A DNA stretch of 62,542 nt, counting the filler, from Collodictyon triciliatum (lineage: Eukaryota), in NCBI GenBank assembly GCA_043381765.1. It is 9 parts of 9 records of this genome, joined end to end, with 100 filler letters (N's around TTAATTAATTAA, not from the genome) between each part and the next. Parts side by side here need not be neighbours in the genome. Positions count along the whole stretch, not along the records: positions 45,078 to 52,475 come from JBHJMP010003915.1; positions 52,576 to 59,972 come from JBHJMP010003916.1; 7 more parts are not named here. The stretch is one strand, 5' to 3'. Made by a program: the position numbers and the translations under genes. Position 1 is the stretch's first letter. Every line of letters begins with the position of its first letter. Shown here piece after piece: positions 49,990 through 59,892 of the stretch. The notes beneath the pieces are model-generated. The model saw only the letters and a program-made list of their open reading frames with translations, was not told the origin of the DNA and did no database searches.

Positions 49990-50626
49990 AAACTTTTCTT
50001 TCCCGCCCTTTGTTCTTGCCGGATATGCGTGTTTGTTCCGTGGTGGCAAGTTAGAAAAGGAGTGGATCTTTTGCTCTTTCTTTTCTTTTATCATTATCCA
50101 GTTGAATGTGAACATGCTTATTATTATTCTTCACAGCGAATAAAAGAAAAAAATGTTTGTTCTTATGATTCTTTTAGGGGTTGCGCACAACTGGGGACGA
50201 GCCCAAAGCACATGGCTCCTGTTCTCATTCTTTTCTTTGCCGATTTTCAGCTTTTTTATTTGACGCAACAGCAGCCAAGCAGACACGATCGGATAAGGAA
50301 CGAGACGGCGATCATCCTTCAATGACACGCTCGGACATCGTCCACCCGTGTTCACCAATCTACCGCAACAATTGCGAAGGGATCAAAACCTTATTTCCAA
50401 TAAAAAAAATATATCATTATTTCGTAGAAATCTACATATTATATGTAAAATACTCAAATAAAGAAAGGTTTTGCAGTTCATGTATATTTTCCAGAATCAT
50501 ACACCAGTTTGATCGCTTTGCGGCTGCGAGACTACTTGCGCCGAAACCCGTCAAGCATACGTCACAAAACACCCACAACCCAGCAGTGTTGCCCCCTGAC
50601 AGAAAAAGCGTGTGCGTAGGCGCCGA

Positions 50627-52475
50627 ATGAGCAGAGAAGCCGCTTTGGAAGCAGACTCTCCCGTTCTGCTTGGAAAGAGCAGCGCGCTTGACGAGGCCGA
50701 CACCCCCGACCGCTCGGACCACGACTCAGACGCAGAGGCCTCGGCAAGCCTGCTGCTTCGGCAGAATGCATCGTCAGACTCGCTGAGCTCCTTGGACGGG
50801 TCCGGTGACGAGTCTTCGGCCACGGCTGCGGGCATTGTGCACAAACCATACCGCAAGTCCGACGTCTTCAAGGAGTTCCAGACCATCATGGTCATCAAAG
50901 TCGGCTCTCACCTGCTTGCCGATCCCTCCTCGAACATGGATGTCCAGATTGCTCGTTTGGCCCCCGTGGTCGACGCCGTTGTGCAGTTGCGCCAGGCTGG
51001 AGTCCACGTCATCCTCGTCACATCCGGTGCATTGTCCATGGGCGCATCAAGGTCATCTGTGATGATTGTGATGATTGTGATGATTGTGATGATTGTGATG
51101 ATTGTGATGGCTGTGCTGATTGTGATTGTGATGATTGTGATGATTGTGATGATTGTGATGGTTGTGCTGATTGTGCTGATTGTGATGATTGTGATGGTTG
51201 TGATGGTTGTGATGGTTGTGATGGTTGTGATGATTGTGATTGCGCTGATTGTGATTATGATGACTATGATGACTATGATAGTTGTGGTGGTTGTGCTGAT
51301 TGTGCTGATTGTCATGATTGTGATGGTTGTGATGATTGTGATTGCGCTGATTGTGATTGTGATGACTATGATGACTATGATAGTTGTGGTGATTGTGATG
51401 ATTGTGATGGTTGTGATGGTTGTGATGATTGTTGTGGTGATTGTGGTGATTGTGATGATTGTAATGATTGTGATGGTTGTGATGGCTGTGATGGTTGTGA
51501 TGATTGTGATGATTGTGATGATTGTGATGGTTGTGATGGTTGTGATGATTGTGATGATTGTGATGATTGTGATGATTGTGATGATTGTGATGATTGTGAT
51601 GGTTGTGATGATTGTAGTGATTGTGGTGATTGTGATGATTGTGATGATTGTGATGATTGTGATGATTGTGATGGTTGTGATGGTTGTGATGGTTGTGATG
51701 ATTGTGGTGATTGTGATGATTGTGATGATTGTGATGATTGTGATGATTGTGGTGATTGTGATGGCTGTGCTGATTGTGGTGATTGTGATGATTGTGATGG
51801 TTGTGATGGCTGTGCTGATTGTGATGATTGTGATGGTTGTGATGGTTGTGATGATTGTTGTGGTGATTGTGGTGATTGTGGTGATTGTGATGATTGTGAT
51901 GATTGTGATGATTGTGATGGTTGTGATGGTTGTGATGATTGTTGTGGTGACTGTAAAGATGCCGGTGATATTTATAAAAAAAGGTTGATGTTGCAGGTTG
52001 CAGCTGAAAGCACGACCAAAATATCTTCCGCAGCAGCAGGCCGCATGTGCAGTGGGACAAAGCCGCCTGATGCGAGTATACGACGATCTTTTTTCGATGG
52101 CCGGAAATCACCCCATCGCACAGGTGAAGGCCTTATTCGTTCCTTCGCAAAAGAAAGAGACATAGAAAACGACAGAAAAAAAAAGAAGGCAACATGATGA
52201 ATGCATCATCATATATTGTCGTATCACATTCACGGCTATATATGCATTTCAATAAACAAATACGCACAAATAAGTAGGTTCTCATCACACGCGAGGACCT
52301 CGGCCAGCGCCACCGATATCTGAACGCACTCAACACCTTCAAGGAGCTCCTCTCGTACAACATCATCCCGATAGTGAACGAGAACGACTCTGTAGGGGTG
52401 TGCGGGCTGCGCTTCGAGGACAACGACACGCTCGCTGCAGGCGTCTCGAACCTTGTGGAGGCGGACTACCTCGTC
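50627..52475 (+). CDS. proB: Glutamate 5-kinase (ProB/Pro1 family), at least 3 exons, 3' truncated
   Basis: [84 protein letters not shown]. Confidence 0.92.
51058..51955. repeat. About 900-bp degenerate (GTGATGATT)n triplet-based minisatellite inside intron 1 of glutamate 5-kinase
   Basis: Lies between donor GT (about 51052) and acceptor CAG (about 51996). Confidence 0.9.
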
Positions 52476-52577
52476 NNNNNNNNNNNNNNNNNNNNNNNNN
52501 NNNNNNNNNNNNNNNNNNNTTAATTAATTAANNNNNNNNNNNNNNNNNNNNNNNNNNNNNNNNNNNNNNNNNNNNAT

Positions 52578-54959
52578 GTAAATGGTCCTAGTAATTTTAA
52601 TGCTTATACTCCCAATTATTCATTAATATTAACGCCTACTTTATCGTGCACATTTGATCCTACGGGCACAGCTTCTGCATTATTCGGTATTGCATGTAAT
52701 ACAAATAATGGAGTTTATGTTATATGTAGTAATACTTCAACATCAGGACATCAGCGATTATTTGTTTCAGAACCTAATAATTTAACTACATGGACGGCTA
52801 TAACTAATACTAATATAAATATAAATAATTTACGAAATATTGTTTTTGGTAATAATATTTGGGCGTGTCTTTCACAGTCAGATACAACGCGTACATTATT
52901 TTATACTACTGATATTACAGCAAAGACAGGATGGACACAAGTTGCAAATTCGGCGCCTTGGACAACAACGCGAATATTAAATCGTTTAAAATTTATCAAT
53001 GGACAATTTGTAACTGTTGATACGGGTTCAAGATATCGAGTTTCAACAGATTGTGTGGTTTGGTCTTTTGAAATTTCGATGACGGCGACCGCTTATAATA
53101 TGTCCGATATAACATATTCTCCCGAATTAAGAAGATATGTTGTGGTTGCTAATAATGCTATTTTATATTATGATGGTACAACATTACCAACAACAGGAAG
53201 TAATATGTTTACTCCTGTTATAACAACTTCAAATTTAGCAGCGGTTGAGTGGTCTTCAAAATTGGGTATGTTTTCTACTAGTACAAATTCAGCTAATGGT
53301 TCATTTTTAATATCAAAAGATGGTATAAATTGGACAAGTCCGGGTACTTTACCATGGATAAATAGAACTATAACATGGGTTAATGATTTTGGCGGGTTTT
53401 TTATGGCTTCACCTCAACAAAACACGAATAATCTTGCAATTAGCAGAGATGGTATAAATTGGCAAACTATAGCATTATCATTTACATCTTTTGGAGCTTC
53501 AAATTATTATAATCCTGTAACTAAAATGTTTGTATTTTCAGGTACTGATATAGCACATTATCGAGATGTCAACACTTTATTTTCTTCTTATGTTGATACT
53601 GATTTAATTTATAATACTTTTAATTCTAATGTTAGATTTGACGATATTATTGAATACAAAACACAATTAATAACAACAGAAACCGCAAACACACATTATA
53701 CAGTATCAGTATTAAATAAACCAAATATTGACGTAAACACAACAAATGCAAACTTTAATATATATATGCAAGGTACATCATTTAATGGAAGATTAGGAAC
53801 AACTTATAAAATATATAAATATGCTTCATCTAATAATAATGTTAGAATTCATGGTTATGAAACAACTAATATTATATCACCATTAGGCAATATATCAGGA
53901 TTCAATGCCCAAAGTTCCCCACAAATATATAATTTAATACCGGCGGGATATTTTGGTAATTTTGAATTAATACGTGTTTCTGATAGTGGTAATGGTACAT
54001 GGTTAATAACTAATTTAAATGTTTATGATAGTACAGGAACAAAACGAGAAATCGGAAGTTTATCAATTGCTAATAATTTAAGTATTGATGGGTCATTTTC
54101 AACTAATGGAATAAATATAAATAGAAATTTTATATGGACACCATCAGCCGGAGTTGTACAAACATTAATATATGATATTGGAACTCATGGATCATATGTT
54201 CAAATTAATGCAGTAAATGACAATCAGACAGTGTTTATAACTTTACCAAGTTTAAATATAACAGGATATCAAAACAAGACATTTTTATTAACTTTTGATT
54301 TAGTATTAGATAATGCAAGGACTCAAACATTTGGTGTATTTTCTTATCAATCGCCGACAGTTAGATTATCAACGGGAAACAGACCGGCACAAGAATATAC
54401 AGGAGAATTAGTATATGAGCCTAGAAGTTGGAGACTTGACACACCAGGAGGGGCACTAACAAGAAGAGATTATAGAGGAGGTCCAATATCATTTTTAGTT
54501 AGTACAAGTTCTAATTATACATGGTATCGACCTATAACAAATGATGACGATTTAATAGAAGATGTAGGATCGATAAATTGTATTTTTTCAAATCCTGATT
54601 ATTATATAAATGTTAATAATTCTAATCAAGGGATAACATTTTATAAATATAATGAAGTAATAGGGGCACCATCAGGAACAAATGTTATTTTAAATTTTGA
54701 AACTTTAACATTTGCCGATAATAAATTTACTATATATTTTACTATGACGTCGGGAAATTCTACCGGTAATTTTAATATAAGAAATAATATGTCATCAGGT
54801 GATATAGTTAATATATATTCTCAAGGATCAGTAACATCTTTAGTGGTAGGAGGTAGTACCAATAGAGATGGTCAATCATTTTTAAGATGTACATATTATC
54901 ATAGTAGATTCGGAAACCCTCAAAATGTATGGGTAATACATGTACTAAACTCAATATAA
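52578..54959 (+). CDS. Viral fibre/receptor-binding-like protein, at least 793 aa, 5' truncated
   Basis: The frame is open from the contig edge (52578), upstream of the listed GTG. Asp-box-like repeats VSTDCVVW, ISKDGINW, ISRDGINW; Asn/Thr/Ser-rich beta content. Confidence 0.6.
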   Translation, partial: VNGPSNFNAYTPNYSLILTPTLSCTFDPTGTASALFGIACNTNNGVYVICSNTSTSGHQRLFVSEPNNLTTWTAITNTNININNLRNIVFGNNIWACLSQSDTTRTLFYTTDITAKTGWTQVANSAPWTTTRILNRLKFINGQFVTVDTGSRYRVSTDCVVWSFEISMTATAYNMSDITYSPELRRYVVVANNAILYYDGTTLPTTGSNMFTPVITTSNLAAVEWSSKLGMFSTSTNSANGSFLISKDGINWTSPGTLPWINRTITWVNDFGGFFMASPQQNTNNLAISRDGINWQTIALSFTSFGASNYYNPVTKMFVFSGTDIAHYRDVNTLFSSYVDTDLIYNTFNSNVRFDDIIEYKTQLITTETANTHYTVSVLNKPNIDVNTTNANFNIYMQGTSFNGRLGTTYKIYKYASSNNNVRIHGYETTNIISPLGNISGFNAQSSPQIYNLIPAGYFGNFELIRVSDSGNGTWLITNLNVYDSTGTKREIGSLSIANNLSIDGSFSTNGININRNFIWTPSAGVVQTLIYDIGTHGSYVQINAVNDNQTVFITLPSLNITGYQNKTFLLTFDLVLDNARTQTFGVFSYQSPTVRLSTGNRPAQEYTGELVYEPRSWRLDTPGGALTRRDYRGGPISFLVSTSSNYTWYRPITNDDDLIEDVGSINCIFSNPDYYINVNNSNQGITFYKYNEVIGAPSGTNVILNFETLTFADNKFTIYFTMTSGNSTGNFNIRNNMSSGDIVNIYSQGSVTSLVVGGSTNRDGQSFLRCTYYHSRFGNPQNVWVIHVLNSI

Positions 54960-54968
54960 ATATTATGA

Positions 54969-55000
54969 TTTTTAAATAATACATATATATTATTTAAAAA
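54969..55000. terminator. 13-bp-stem hairpin between convergent viral genes
   Basis: TTTTTAAATAATA-catata-TATTATTTAAAAA. Confidence 0.55.
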
Positions 55001-56160
55001 ATATTAGAACTATAAGACAATCTTAAAGGTTGTTTTTTATTATTAAAATCTTTTGATACATTACTTATAAATTTAGATTTATTATTATTATACATATCAA
55101 AACCACCATTATATATAAATTGTTTAGCATAAGATAAACTTTTAAATATTTTTGTTTTTGCCCCTTCTTTTACAATATAATTTAATCCTACCAATTTAAT
55201 ATTAATTTTTTTACCATTGACGATATAATCGCCTAAATCATTATTTACATATGAACTTATTTTTAATGGATTTTGTGTATTTTCAACTTTATATATATTT
55301 TCTGTCCCTGTTATTAAATTAGCATTTTTAGTCGGTTTATTTTGATCGCTTACATTTACTTTTTTTAATGGATATATACCTAATTTAAAATAATTTCTTA
55401 CTGTTTCATAATGATTAGCACTGTCTCCGTCTTTTAAATCATTTATTATTAAATCAAATTTATCAGATATCATTTTTGTATCATTAGATGATAACCTTAT
55501 TAAATCATTTTCTAAATCTTCCACTGTTGTATAACGTTCATTTACTCGTTTTTCATTAAATCTATACCCTGATGATAAATTATTATATAATTCTAAATTT
55601 ATTCTTTCTATAAGTTTATTTAATTCTGTTATATTATCTTGTACTAGTTCTGAATTGGTAAATAAATCTCTCATTCCTGGTTCTTCTTTAATTTCAGCAG
55701 GTCCTGTGTTTTCTTCAGCGCTTATAGCTTCATCTAATGTTCTTACTTCTCGACCTTCATATTCTAATTGATCTAAATTATAAATTTCTGGATTTTGTAA
55801 TAAATAACCAAAAATTATACTTTTTAAAGTTTTGTCTCTTAAACTTGTGTTTGAAGTAAATTGTTTAATGATAGCTGAAGCTTGAGATCTAAGAGGTATT
55901 AAACTTGTATATTGACCTAAAAATGATTTATATTTAGTAAAATAACGTTTAGTCGTCGCGTCTGGTTTTTCATTTGCTATAAATTCTGGAGGGGTAAATT
56001 TGTCTTCTATTCCTAAAATTTCCTGTATATCGTTAATTACATTTTCCATCACAACATTCGCGTTAATATATGAGTTTGAAACTTTACTTGGTTTAACATT
56101 CTGTTCAAATGATTGAACAACTTTATTTAATATATTTTCAAAATATTGTCGTAATACCAT
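54994..56160 (-). CDS. Viral hypothetical protein (388 aa)
   Basis: Long ORF in very AT-rich DNA with an ATG preceded by TATAATATAT; no family recognised. Confidence 0.8.
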   Translation of the reverse strand: MVLRQYFENILNKVVQSFEQNVKPSKVSNSYINANVVMENVINDIQEILGIEDKFTPPEFIANEKPDATTKRYFTKYKSFLGQYTSLIPLRSQASAIIKQFTSNTSLRDKTLKSIIFGYLLQNPEIYNLDQLEYEGREVRTLDEAISAEENTGPAEIKEEPGMRDLFTNSELVQDNITELNKLIERINLELYNNLSSGYRFNEKRVNERYTTVEDLENDLIRLSSNDTKMISDKFDLIINDLKDGDSANHYETVRNYFKLGIYPLKKVNVSDQNKPTKNANLITGTENIYKVENTQNPLKISSYVNNDLGDYIVNGKKINIKLVGLNYIVKEGAKTKIFKSLSYAKQFIYNGGFDMYNNNKSKFISNVSKDFNNKKQPLRLSYSSNIF

Positions 56161-56205
56161 ATATATTATATATCTAAAAAAATTTTATATATATATAATT
56201 ATATA

Positions 56206-56577
56206 ATGATAGGAGATATAATGAGAAAAAGCGCATTTGGACGAATTGGTAATATAAGAAAAGTTACCACACAAGCAGGAGGCATAATATCAAATCTTTC
56301 ATCAAAAGCAAAAGAAGGAATCCAAAAATTTGAAGATATAGCAAATAAAGTAGATAAAATAACAGGAGGAGCGGCAGGTGATGTTTTAAGAAGTTCAGGA
56401 ACTATTCAACAATATCAATCATATAAAGCACCTGTTATGACAGGATTAAAAGCGGCAGAATTATTCGGGTCATCATTAAAACGATTAGGAGGTGAAAAAT
56501 TAACACAAAGCAATTTAAAAAAATCATGGGATGAAGCAAAAGAAGGTATAAATATAGGTAAGTCAATAATAAAATAA
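56206..56577 (+). CDS. Small basic Gly/Lys-rich viral protein upstream of the MCP (possible core/structural protein)
   Basis: 123-aa ORF, TATATAATG start context, co-oriented with and adjacent to the MCP. Confidence 0.7.
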   Translation: MIGDIMRKSAFGRIGNIRKVTTQAGGIISNLSSKAKEGIQKFEDIANKVDKITGGAAGDVLRSSGTIQQYQSYKAPVMTGLKAAELFGSSLKRLGGEKLTQSNLKKSWDEAKEGINIGKSIIK

Positions 56578-56622
56578 ATATATAGATTAAATAATTTTTT
56601 TATATTACTATTATATATATAT

Positions 56623-58167
56623 ATGTCAGTCGCAGATCAAAACAAATTTTTTAAGATTAAATCATTTGATAATATCATTGATAGAAAAACCGTAAAACTT
56701 AGTCCTAACAATGGATCTGTATTTTCCACAACATCAGGTATTGATAGAATAGTATTTAACATTCCAGTAAGTAATAATTATTGTCTAGACACAAGAACAA
56801 TATATATACATTTTGATGCATCGCTTGACTTAGGCACGGGCGCGACTTGGGCAAATAATGACATTTATTTTAATAACAGTATAGAATCAATTATTAATCA
56901 AGTTTTAATAAGAAGATCAACAGGAGGCGAAATTTTAGAAGATATAAGAAATTATAATTATTGTGAATCTCTATTAATGAATTATGTATCAGAAACACAC
57001 AATAGAACTGTTGGGCGTATGTGTATGGGTATTGGTGATGCAAATTTTAGAATATCACTACATCCACAAAGCGGAACTAGTACATCTTCTGTAGCTCGTG
57101 GATATACTATTCCTTTAAGACTATCAGGAATATCTAATGTTGATACTTATATTCCCCTTCAGATTTTAGATAATGTATGCGCTTTCCAAGTAGAAATTAT
57201 TTTAGCTAGACCAAATGAAGCAATATCCGCATATAATATATCAGCGGTCGCAAGCGTAGGAAATACCGTTGAAAATGCAACATATACACTTAGAAATGTT
57301 TTTATGAGTTATGATATAGTACAAATGGACCAGTTATATATGGATGGTTTAAATAGCGCTTTATTATCAGGTCAACCTTTAGAAATTCCATATAAAACAT
57401 GGAAATCATCAACATTTAATATTCCATCTACAGGTACTAGTTTTTCATTTAATTTAAATGATTCTTTAAAAAGTATAAATGCTTTGTTTATTGGATTTTG
57501 GAAAACCGAAGAATTAAAATTAAATATGGCAGGAAAAGATCGTTTACACTTCCCTACTAATTTAACTTCATGGCAATTACAATTAGGTAATCAATATGTT
57601 CCACAACAACCATGTAGTACTGTTAATACATCTCAATGTTTCACAGAACTATGTAAAGCATTAGGTGAACTAACATTTAATGAATATTCTTCTGTTTTTG
57701 ATTTTAATGGTGAAACATATTCACAAGCAGAATACGGCAACACATTTGCACTAAAATCAGGTTTTACCGCAGCGACGCCCTCAGCAGTTACAAAAAATGG
57801 AGTAAGTATATTTGCAGCATACCCAACAGATGGTGTTAAAATGAATGATGGTTTAACACAAGTCGTTAAACAAAGTACAGGTGCCGCATTAGCAGCAGGT
57901 GATTTGGTAACAGGCGGAGTAAGATATTTAAGAGAAGCATGCAACGCGAATCCTTCAAATTTCTGTATTGGCATTAATCTTAAAAAATTATTATCATCAC
58001 ATAATGGTGAAATTGTCGGGAGTTCTTTATTAGATGGAAATGGTATTATGACATTAAGACTCGAATTTTCGGCAAATCCAGGAGATACATATAATATGAT
58101 TGTATTTACTCAACATGATGCAGTATTAGAAGTAAATGCAAACCAACAAATATTTAAATCTCAATAA
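56623..58167 (+). CDS. Major capsid protein, double jelly-roll type (Polinton-like virus-like)
   Basis: 514 aa, beta-strand-rich. N-terminal KLSPNNGSVFS..IVFNIP..LDTRTIYIHFD, SIINQVLIR..EILEDIRNYN, YTIPL, LKSINALF, WQLQLGNQYVPQQP, FCIGINL and C-terminal FTQHDAVLEV resemble PLV MCP motif order; recognised by eye. Confidence 0.78.
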   Translation: MSVADQNKFFKIKSFDNIIDRKTVKLSPNNGSVFSTTSGIDRIVFNIPVSNNYCLDTRTIYIHFDASLDLGTGATWANNDIYFNNSIESIINQVLIRRSTGGEILEDIRNYNYCESLLMNYVSETHNRTVGRMCMGIGDANFRISLHPQSGTSTSSVARGYTIPLRLSGISNVDTYIPLQILDNVCAFQVEIILARPNEAISAYNISAVASVGNTVENATYTLRNVFMSYDIVQMDQLYMDGLNSALLSGQPLEIPYKTWKSSTFNIPSTGTSFSFNLNDSLKSINALFIGFWKTEELKLNMAGKDRLHFPTNLTSWQLQLGNQYVPQQPCSTVNTSQCFTELCKALGELTFNEYSSVFDFNGETYSQAEYGNTFALKSGFTAATPSAVTKNGVSIFAAYPTDGVKMNDGLTQVVKQSTGAALAAGDLVTGGVRYLREACNANPSNFCIGINLKKLLSSHNGEIVGSSLLDGNGIMTLRLEFSANPGDTYNMIVFTQHDAVLEVNANQQIFKSQ

Positions 58168-58194
58168 TTAAAATATAAATATTTATATTTTAAT
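58167..58194. terminator. Perfect 28-bp palindrome immediately after the MCP stop
   Basis: ATTAAAATATAAAT|ATTTATATTTTAAT. Confidence 0.65.
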
Positions 58195-58257
58195 CAAATT
58201 ATTTTTTATTTATTGGAATTTGTGAAAAATCGGGAACGCTTGATTCTGTGTCAAATT

Positions 58258-58359
58258 CTACAGATGACCACAACATGAAGATTTTTTAAAATGTTTTAAT
58301 ATTCTTTCAATTACTAAACCAGCCATTAATATTATTGATACTATGCTCGCAGGATCCAT
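58258..58359 (-). CDS. Small viral membrane peptide (33 aa; possibly a frameshifted 53-aa gene)
   Basis: MDPASIVSIILMAGLVIERILKHFKKSSCCGHL*, with the ATG in the same TATATATAATG context as its neighbours; not in the ORF track. Confidence 0.55.
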   Translation of the reverse strand: MDPASIVSIILMAGLVIERILKHFKKSSCCGHL

Positions 58360-58390
58360 TATATATATATTTATATATTATGTTTATATA

Positions 58391-58639
58391 TTAAAAATCA
58401 TCTAATATAAATTGATCTAAATAATGATAAACCCAAAAACCTATATATTTTGGATCATCAATATGTTTATATTTATTAAAATTTATTCTTTGTTTATCTT
58501 TTTTACCAAATGATAAAACCTGATATGTTAAAGTATCATTATAAATATGATGAACACTATATGGTTTATGTTTTGGATAGCTATGTTTTTTTACTAAATA
58601 TGTATTATCTTTTACAGCTATTAATTTTTCTTTTAACAT
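58391..58639 (-). CDS. Divergent paralog of the adjacent DUF5754/Tlr6F-like small viral protein
   Basis: Shares N-Y-L..K.Y.V..SFG.K..IDDP.Y.GFW.Y.YL with 58776-59072. Confidence 0.7.
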   Translation of the reverse strand: MLKEKLIAVKDNTYLVKKHSYPKHKPYSVHHIYNDTLTYQVLSFGKKDKQRINFNKYKHIDDPKYIGFWVYHYLDQFILDDF

Positions 58640-58775
58640 ATATATATATATGATATTAAAAAAAATATGTAATATAATAAATAATATACTAACATTATAT
58701 ATAAAATTTTGTTATTTTATTATTATTGTTATAATGATATTAATATATATGATAATTAGTTATATAATAAAGTTA

Positions 58776-59072
58776 CTACCATAAATAATTATAAGCCCAA
58801 AATCCCGCATAATTTGGATTATCTATATTATCATTCTTATGTCTATCTCTATATAATTTTCTTCTTTGTTTATCATTATGATCTTTACTTTTATAATATC
58901 CTATTTTATCTTTATAATGTTCATATCTTTTATCACCGAATGATGTAATGTAACGTTTAACAAATTCATTATCTTTTAATACAATATAAACATCATATTT
59001 TTTATTTTCTCTTTTAGATGGTTCTAATAAATATTTGTTACCTTTTACAATTATTATTTTTTGAAATGACAT
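58776..59072 (-). CDS. Small viral protein, DUF5754/Tlr6F-like
   Basis: The motif SKRENKKYDV..FGDKRYEHY..DHNDKQRRKLYRDRH..AGFWAYNYLW is typical of a small family in giant viruses and PLVs. The family name is recalled, not searched. Confidence 0.7.
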   Translation of the reverse strand: MSFQKIIIVKGNKYLLEPSKRENKKYDVYIVLKDNEFVKRYITSFGDKRYEHYKDKIGYYKSKDHNDKQRRKLYRDRHKNDNIDNPNYAGFWAYNYLW

Positions 59073-59079
59073 ATATATA

Positions 59080-59502
59080 TTATACTATTCTATTTAAATT
59101 TATATTATCAACATTTATATTAATTTGATCTTTTAATTTTATAAATTTAATGCTACATTCTATTTTATCAAGATTATTTTTTATTCTATAATACTCTTTA
59201 TCATATTCTTTATGTTTAATTCTAAAATTAATATCATTTTTATATTTTTCTTTTAATCTATTTAATATATATTCTTTATTTTTTTCATAATATGAATTAT
59301 GATATTCTTTAACTTCGTTCTTTTTTTTATAATAATATTGTTTACTATATTCTTTATGTTTGTTTCTAAAATTAATATCATTTTTATATTTTTCATTATG
59401 ATATTTTTTTTGATAATCACATACTTTATCTTTATTTTTTTCATAATATTCTTTATACTTTTCTTTATTATTTTCATAATATTCTTTTTTATAGGTTGAC
59501 AT
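59080..59502 (-). CDS. Viral Lys/Tyr/Glu-rich helical repeat protein
   Basis: KEYYENNKEK / KEYYEKNKDK repeats and a duplicated EKYKNDINFR.KHKEY unit. Confidence 0.7.
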   Translation of the reverse strand: MSTYKKEYYENNKEKYKEYYEKNKDKVCDYQKKYHNEKYKNDINFRNKHKEYSKQYYYKKKNEVKEYHNSYYEKNKEYILNRLKEKYKNDINFRIKHKEYDKEYYRIKNNLDKIECSIKFIKLKDQININVDNINLNRIV

Positions 59503-59538
59503 ATAATAATAATATAATTATTATATATTTTTAAAAAA

Positions 59539-59892
59539 TTAAATAAAATCATATAAATAAAACCCGATAATTTTTCCCGCTTCTTCCTCTGTTATATTTG
59601 AGTCCGAAGTATCATCTATATTTACTAATATATTATTTTTTGTTATTTTTATAGCGTCACGTGTTGATCTAAAACCAGCATTTTTATATAATACTGTTAA
59701 TTTATATTGTCCTCTTTGTCCTGTTTTCCACTGTTCCTCAAGCATGTTTTCTAGTTGTCGAGTTAATTGATTTCTAGTCATTCCCCCATTATTTATTTTA
59801 AAAGCATTTTGTCTAAGCTTTTTTCCGTTTGAGTTTTTTATTTCTGTTATTTTTGTTGCCTCGTTCCATTTAAATATTTTTGGTTGTGACAT
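59539..59892 (-). CDS. Viral hypothetical protein (117 aa)
   Basis: ORF with TATATATAATG start context; no family recognised. Confidence 0.7.
   Translation of the reverse strand: MSQPKIFKWNEATKITEIKNSNGKKLRQNAFKINNGGMTRNQLTRQLENMLEEQWKTGQRGQYKLTVLYKNAGFRSTRDAIKITKNNILVNIDDTSDSNITEEEAGKIIGFYLYDFI

Noticed and set aside
50112-50172. Possible old micro-element copies (also 3651, 48250, 60633)
   Set aside because: Only a partial core match and no convincing TSD.
50612-51988. 458-aa kinase with a huge hydrophobic tail
   Set aside because: The tail is an intronic repeat; the kinase resumes at about 51997 after a GT-AG intron.
58633-58695. 20-aa hydrophobic ORF on the minus strand with a TATATAATG start
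   Set aside because: Too short and of extreme AT composition; expected by chance.
59262-59552. Alternative-frame and antisense Ile/Phe-rich ORFs
   Set aside because: Shadows of the repetitive 59080-59502 gene.
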